Part shown: piece after piece, positions 48,357 through 50,938 of the stretch
Position numbering within the stretch: the first letter of the stretch is position 1
Layout: each line of letters starts with the position of its first letter
DNA from: a candidate division WOR-3 bacterium
Lineage (GTDB): Bacteria; Hydrothermota; Hydrothermia; LBFQ01; DSFT01
NCBI GenBank assembly: GCA_965649115.1
Contig: CBFGJN010000005.1
Location: 1-50,938 of the forward strand
Direction: 5' to 3'
Length of the DNA stretch: 50,938 nucleotides
The notes under the pieces: generated by a model
The model's database searches: none
What the model saw: only the letters and a program-made list of their open reading frames with translations
What the model was told of the DNA's origin: nothing
Program-made: the position numbers and the translations under genes

Positions 48357-50513
48357 CTAAAATACAACTTTTTGTAAAATTTCCTCTCTTTCTGTTTTTA
48401 TGCTAATTATAAACAAGCCTCTTTTTAGTTTTATCTTAATTTCTTTTTGATAATTAAAGGTTTTATTCAAAATTAAACTACCATTTATTGAATATACTTT
48501 AACTTGAATATCGGACTTATATGGAATACTTAAAATTACAAAATTATCCTTATAGCTAATTTTTATTTTGGAAAAATCAGCTTTTAAAGGTTCGTCAGAT
48601 TTTGTTATATTACAAGCATTAGCTGATAAAATTTCAATCTTGTCAATTACCCATCCACTATCTCTTGCAGAAGCATCAGAATAGAATTTAAGTCTTAAAT
48701 AAACATTATTATCCTTAAATCTTGTAATATCAAAGGTATCACTTCTGAAATTGTTATTTATACCCCAAAACCTTCTAATAGGAATGAAAAGTTTGTTATC
48801 ATTTGAGAAATCCAAACTTGCAAAATCATATACATTATCCAAAGTATTATAATCACCTTCTATTCTCCATTTATGAGTTATAATAGCTTCAACATAATCA
48901 TAAGAACTTAAATTTAAAGGAGTTAATAATCTAACATCTGTGTTTAGATTATTGTTATATAGAGTTCCATTCGGATTAGTTCTTAAATATCCATTTGAAA
49001 AAACCCAAGTTCCACCGTTTACTTGCCAATTGGAATTGTTATTAAAATCATCTACAAAAACCTGATTTCTCTGTCCAGCTATAAATTTTTCAACAACTTG
49101 ATTGAATCCCAAGTTATTATAAAAAACAATATGAACCTTATAATTTTTACAATTATTTAATGAAAGAAATTTGAATTGGATATTGAAAAATCCATAACCA
49201 AGAGAATTTAAATTCCCAATATAAACGATAGTATCAATAGGAATTGCATTAACATTATCTAAAATTTTTAATTTAGCGTATAAATTATTTATTGGACTAT
49301 TGAATCCCAGGTTCATCCCACTTATTGAAATTGTTATCGTATCACCATTAAAATTGTATGAAAAATTATTTAGTTCAATAAAAGGACCAGCGGACTTAAC
49401 AAGGTATAAAAAGGGAAATATATTTTCCCCTACTTGTTCAAGAATTATATTCGTATCTGGTTGATAAAAATTCTCACCTATTTCAAATGTCCAACCAAGA
49501 GCTTTGTTATGTTCATTTGTAGCACCATATATCCAGTCATCAGTTGTTCCATCTGTCACATATAAAAAATAAGCTTGAAAGGACCTATAAGCATTATGCC
49601 TAAACATTTTCCAAGCAAGTGTCCTATAAGCGCTATCATCAGATGTGGGAGTTGAAGTATAACCCCATGGCCACAAGTTCAAGTTTGAATATGTATGAAT
49701 ATCAACACCTATGGTTGGCTTTATTTGATTAAAGAAATTTCTATATGCTTGACTTTCAGGTTCAGAAAATGGAGAAGGACCTCTATATGTTTCATCAGAT
49801 GGATTTGGACTAGAACCATTACAGCAACCCCACATATAACCAAAATTCCTATTTAAATCAACACCATCATAAGTTGTTTCAAATGTCCCATTATTATTAT
49901 TGTCTCTCTTATTCTTCCTCCACATACCACTTGAATAAGTTTCATTAAAAACATAACCATCAGGATTTGTTACAGGGATTATATAAATATCTCTATTGTC
50001 AAGAAGGTACTTAATTTCTAAGTTTTTATTATAATTTTTTAGTAAATAGTTAGCAAATCCCAAAAGAGCTGAAACACCACCTGGTTCTCTTGCATGAATA
50101 GCACTATTAAACCAAACAACAGGTTTTTGATTATTATTTGAAGATATCTTAATACCTTTTATTTGTCTATTTTCCCAGGTTAAACTCACTATAAATGGTT
50201 GTGAAACCAAGCTTGGATAATTATTATAAAAATTCTGTATTTCATTCATAGCTTCATTATAAGTATAATATGGACCAAAGTTTATAAGTGTTTTGATATC
50301 TGAACTTCTTAATCTAATTTCACTTGGATATAGATTTTTAATTTTATTATATTCAATTTCATTTACAACAACATCAATGAACTTTTTTCTTAGATCAATA
50401 GCAGAAATATCATTTATACCAAGGGAGATGATTTTATCTATATCCGTTCTATCATTTATATATAGCCTGACAAGAAGTTTTTCTTCAAAAAGGGAAATTA
50501 AAAGGATAATCAT
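48357..50513 (-). CDS. M14 zinc carboxypeptidase (carboxypeptidase T-like) with C-terminal sorting domain
   Basis: IHAREP, NPDGY, WRKN, GVDLNRNF, DIHTYS, TFEIG. Confidence 0.93.
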   Translation of the reverse strand: MIILLISLFEEKLLVRLYINDRTDIDKIISLGINDISAIDLRKKFIDVVVNEIEYNKIKNLYPSEIRLRSSDIKTLINFGPYYTYNEAMNEIQNFYNNYPSLVSQPFIVSLTWENRQIKGIKISSNNNQKPVVWFNSAIHAREPGGVSALLGFANYLLKNYNKNLEIKYLLDNRDIYIIPVTNPDGYVFNETYSSGMWRKNKRDNNNNGTFETTYDGVDLNRNFGYMWGCCNGSSPNPSDETYRGPSPFSEPESQAYRNFFNQIKPTIGVDIHTYSNLNLWPWGYTSTPTSDDSAYRTLAWKMFRHNAYRSFQAYFLYVTDGTTDDWIYGATNEHNKALGWTFEIGENFYQPDTNIILEQVGENIFPFLYLVKSAGPFIELNNFSYNFNGDTITISISGMNLGFNSPINNLYAKLKILDNVNAIPIDTIVYIGNLNSLGYGFFNIQFKFLSLNNCKNYKVHIVFYNNLGFNQVVEKFIAGQRNQVFVDDFNNNSNWQVNGGTWVFSNGYLRTNPNGTLYNNNLNTDVRLLTPLNLSSYDYVEAIITHKWRIEGDYNTLDNVYDFASLDFSNDNKLFIPIRRFWGINNNFRSDTFDITRFKDNNVYLRLKFYSDASARDSGWVIDKIEILSANACNITKSDEPLKADFSKIKISYKDNFVILSIPYKSDIQVKVYSINGSLILNKTFNYQKEIKIKLKRGLFIISIKTEREEILQKVVF

Positions 50514-50537
50514 TTTGAAATTTTAAGGGATAAATCA

Positions 50538-50938
50538 CTTATTTTGCCCGCCCACCCTGAAAATAAGGCTTCGCCTTATAAATGCCCATTTTTCGGCAGA
50601 GGGGGGCTTTGCCCCCCTTAAAACCCCGCGATAAATCAATAATTTTAATGAACCTTTATAAGTCATTGATAGTCAATCACTTAGCACTATTTATTAGACA
50701 AAGCATTATGTTTTTGCTGTATTTATGCCTTGGGGAGCGAAAGCCCCCCATTAAACCCTCCTTGGAATCAATTATAATTACTCCTATACTGTGTTTAGTA
50801 ATATTCCCACCACGAAATAAGCTTTTCCGCTTATAAAAACCCCCATTAAATCAAGAACTTAACATGATTTCCTAAAAAAACCATTATGTCTTTGCTTTGT
50901 CCAATAATTCTAAAATTATTTATTTTTCTTATTTTCCC
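50538..50938. mobile_element. Tandem MITE-like cluster running off the window edge
   Basis: Junction 11-mers ATTATGTTTTT (50705-50715) and ATTATGTCTTT (50883-50893). Confidence 0.8.

Noticed and set aside
5807-50526. Short antisense or alternative-frame ORFs (e.g. 5807, 6371, 9497, 13149, 16537, 18515, 34215, 43401, 46509, 50293)
   Set aside because: Shadows of well-supported genes, with no motifs or start signals
23253-50836. ORFs 23253-23453, 47875-48111 and 50582-50836, plus N-terminal extensions at 23593, 35000, 39186 and 47761
   Set aside because: They lie in or run into the MITE-like repeats, frames are not conserved between copies, and there is no transposase motif
1-50938. tRNA, rRNA or riboswitch genes
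   Set aside because: None recognised; the GC-rich hairpins all belong to the repeat family. A covariance-model scan would be needed to exclude them

Overview
Very AT-rich bacterial chromosome segment, most likely from a (hyper)thermophile because it encodes reverse gyrase. It is Gram-negative-like (lipid A-type acyltransferase, TolC, T9SS-type C-terminal domains). Housekeeping genes (rpmA-rpsL-rpsG, def, yajC, lepA, argF, tatA, dtd, rgy, nuoD, rsmI, ptsI) surround a 14.6-kb minus-strand type III-B (Cmr) CRISPR operon and an 8-repeat CRISPR array. The operon has two cmr1 and two cmr5 genes, Cas10 with intact GGDD, Csx1, a Crn1-like CARF protein and an MNT-HEPN pair. It also carries three unusual translationally linked genes: a 4-TM CARF protein, an HExxH metalloprotease-like protein and an EVE-domain/classical AAA ATPase fusion. 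The most striking non-coding signal is a ~203-bp MITE-like element with terminal inverted repeats and locus-specific 11-bp target duplications. One end of it sits 23 nt (7 cases) or 22 nt (2 cases) upstream of the -10 box of leaderless-type promoters, and copies stack in tandem at the same site. One CRISPR spacer contains a 12-nt reverse complement of the CRISPR repeat. All calls come from reading the sequence and motifs by eye; no database searches were run.
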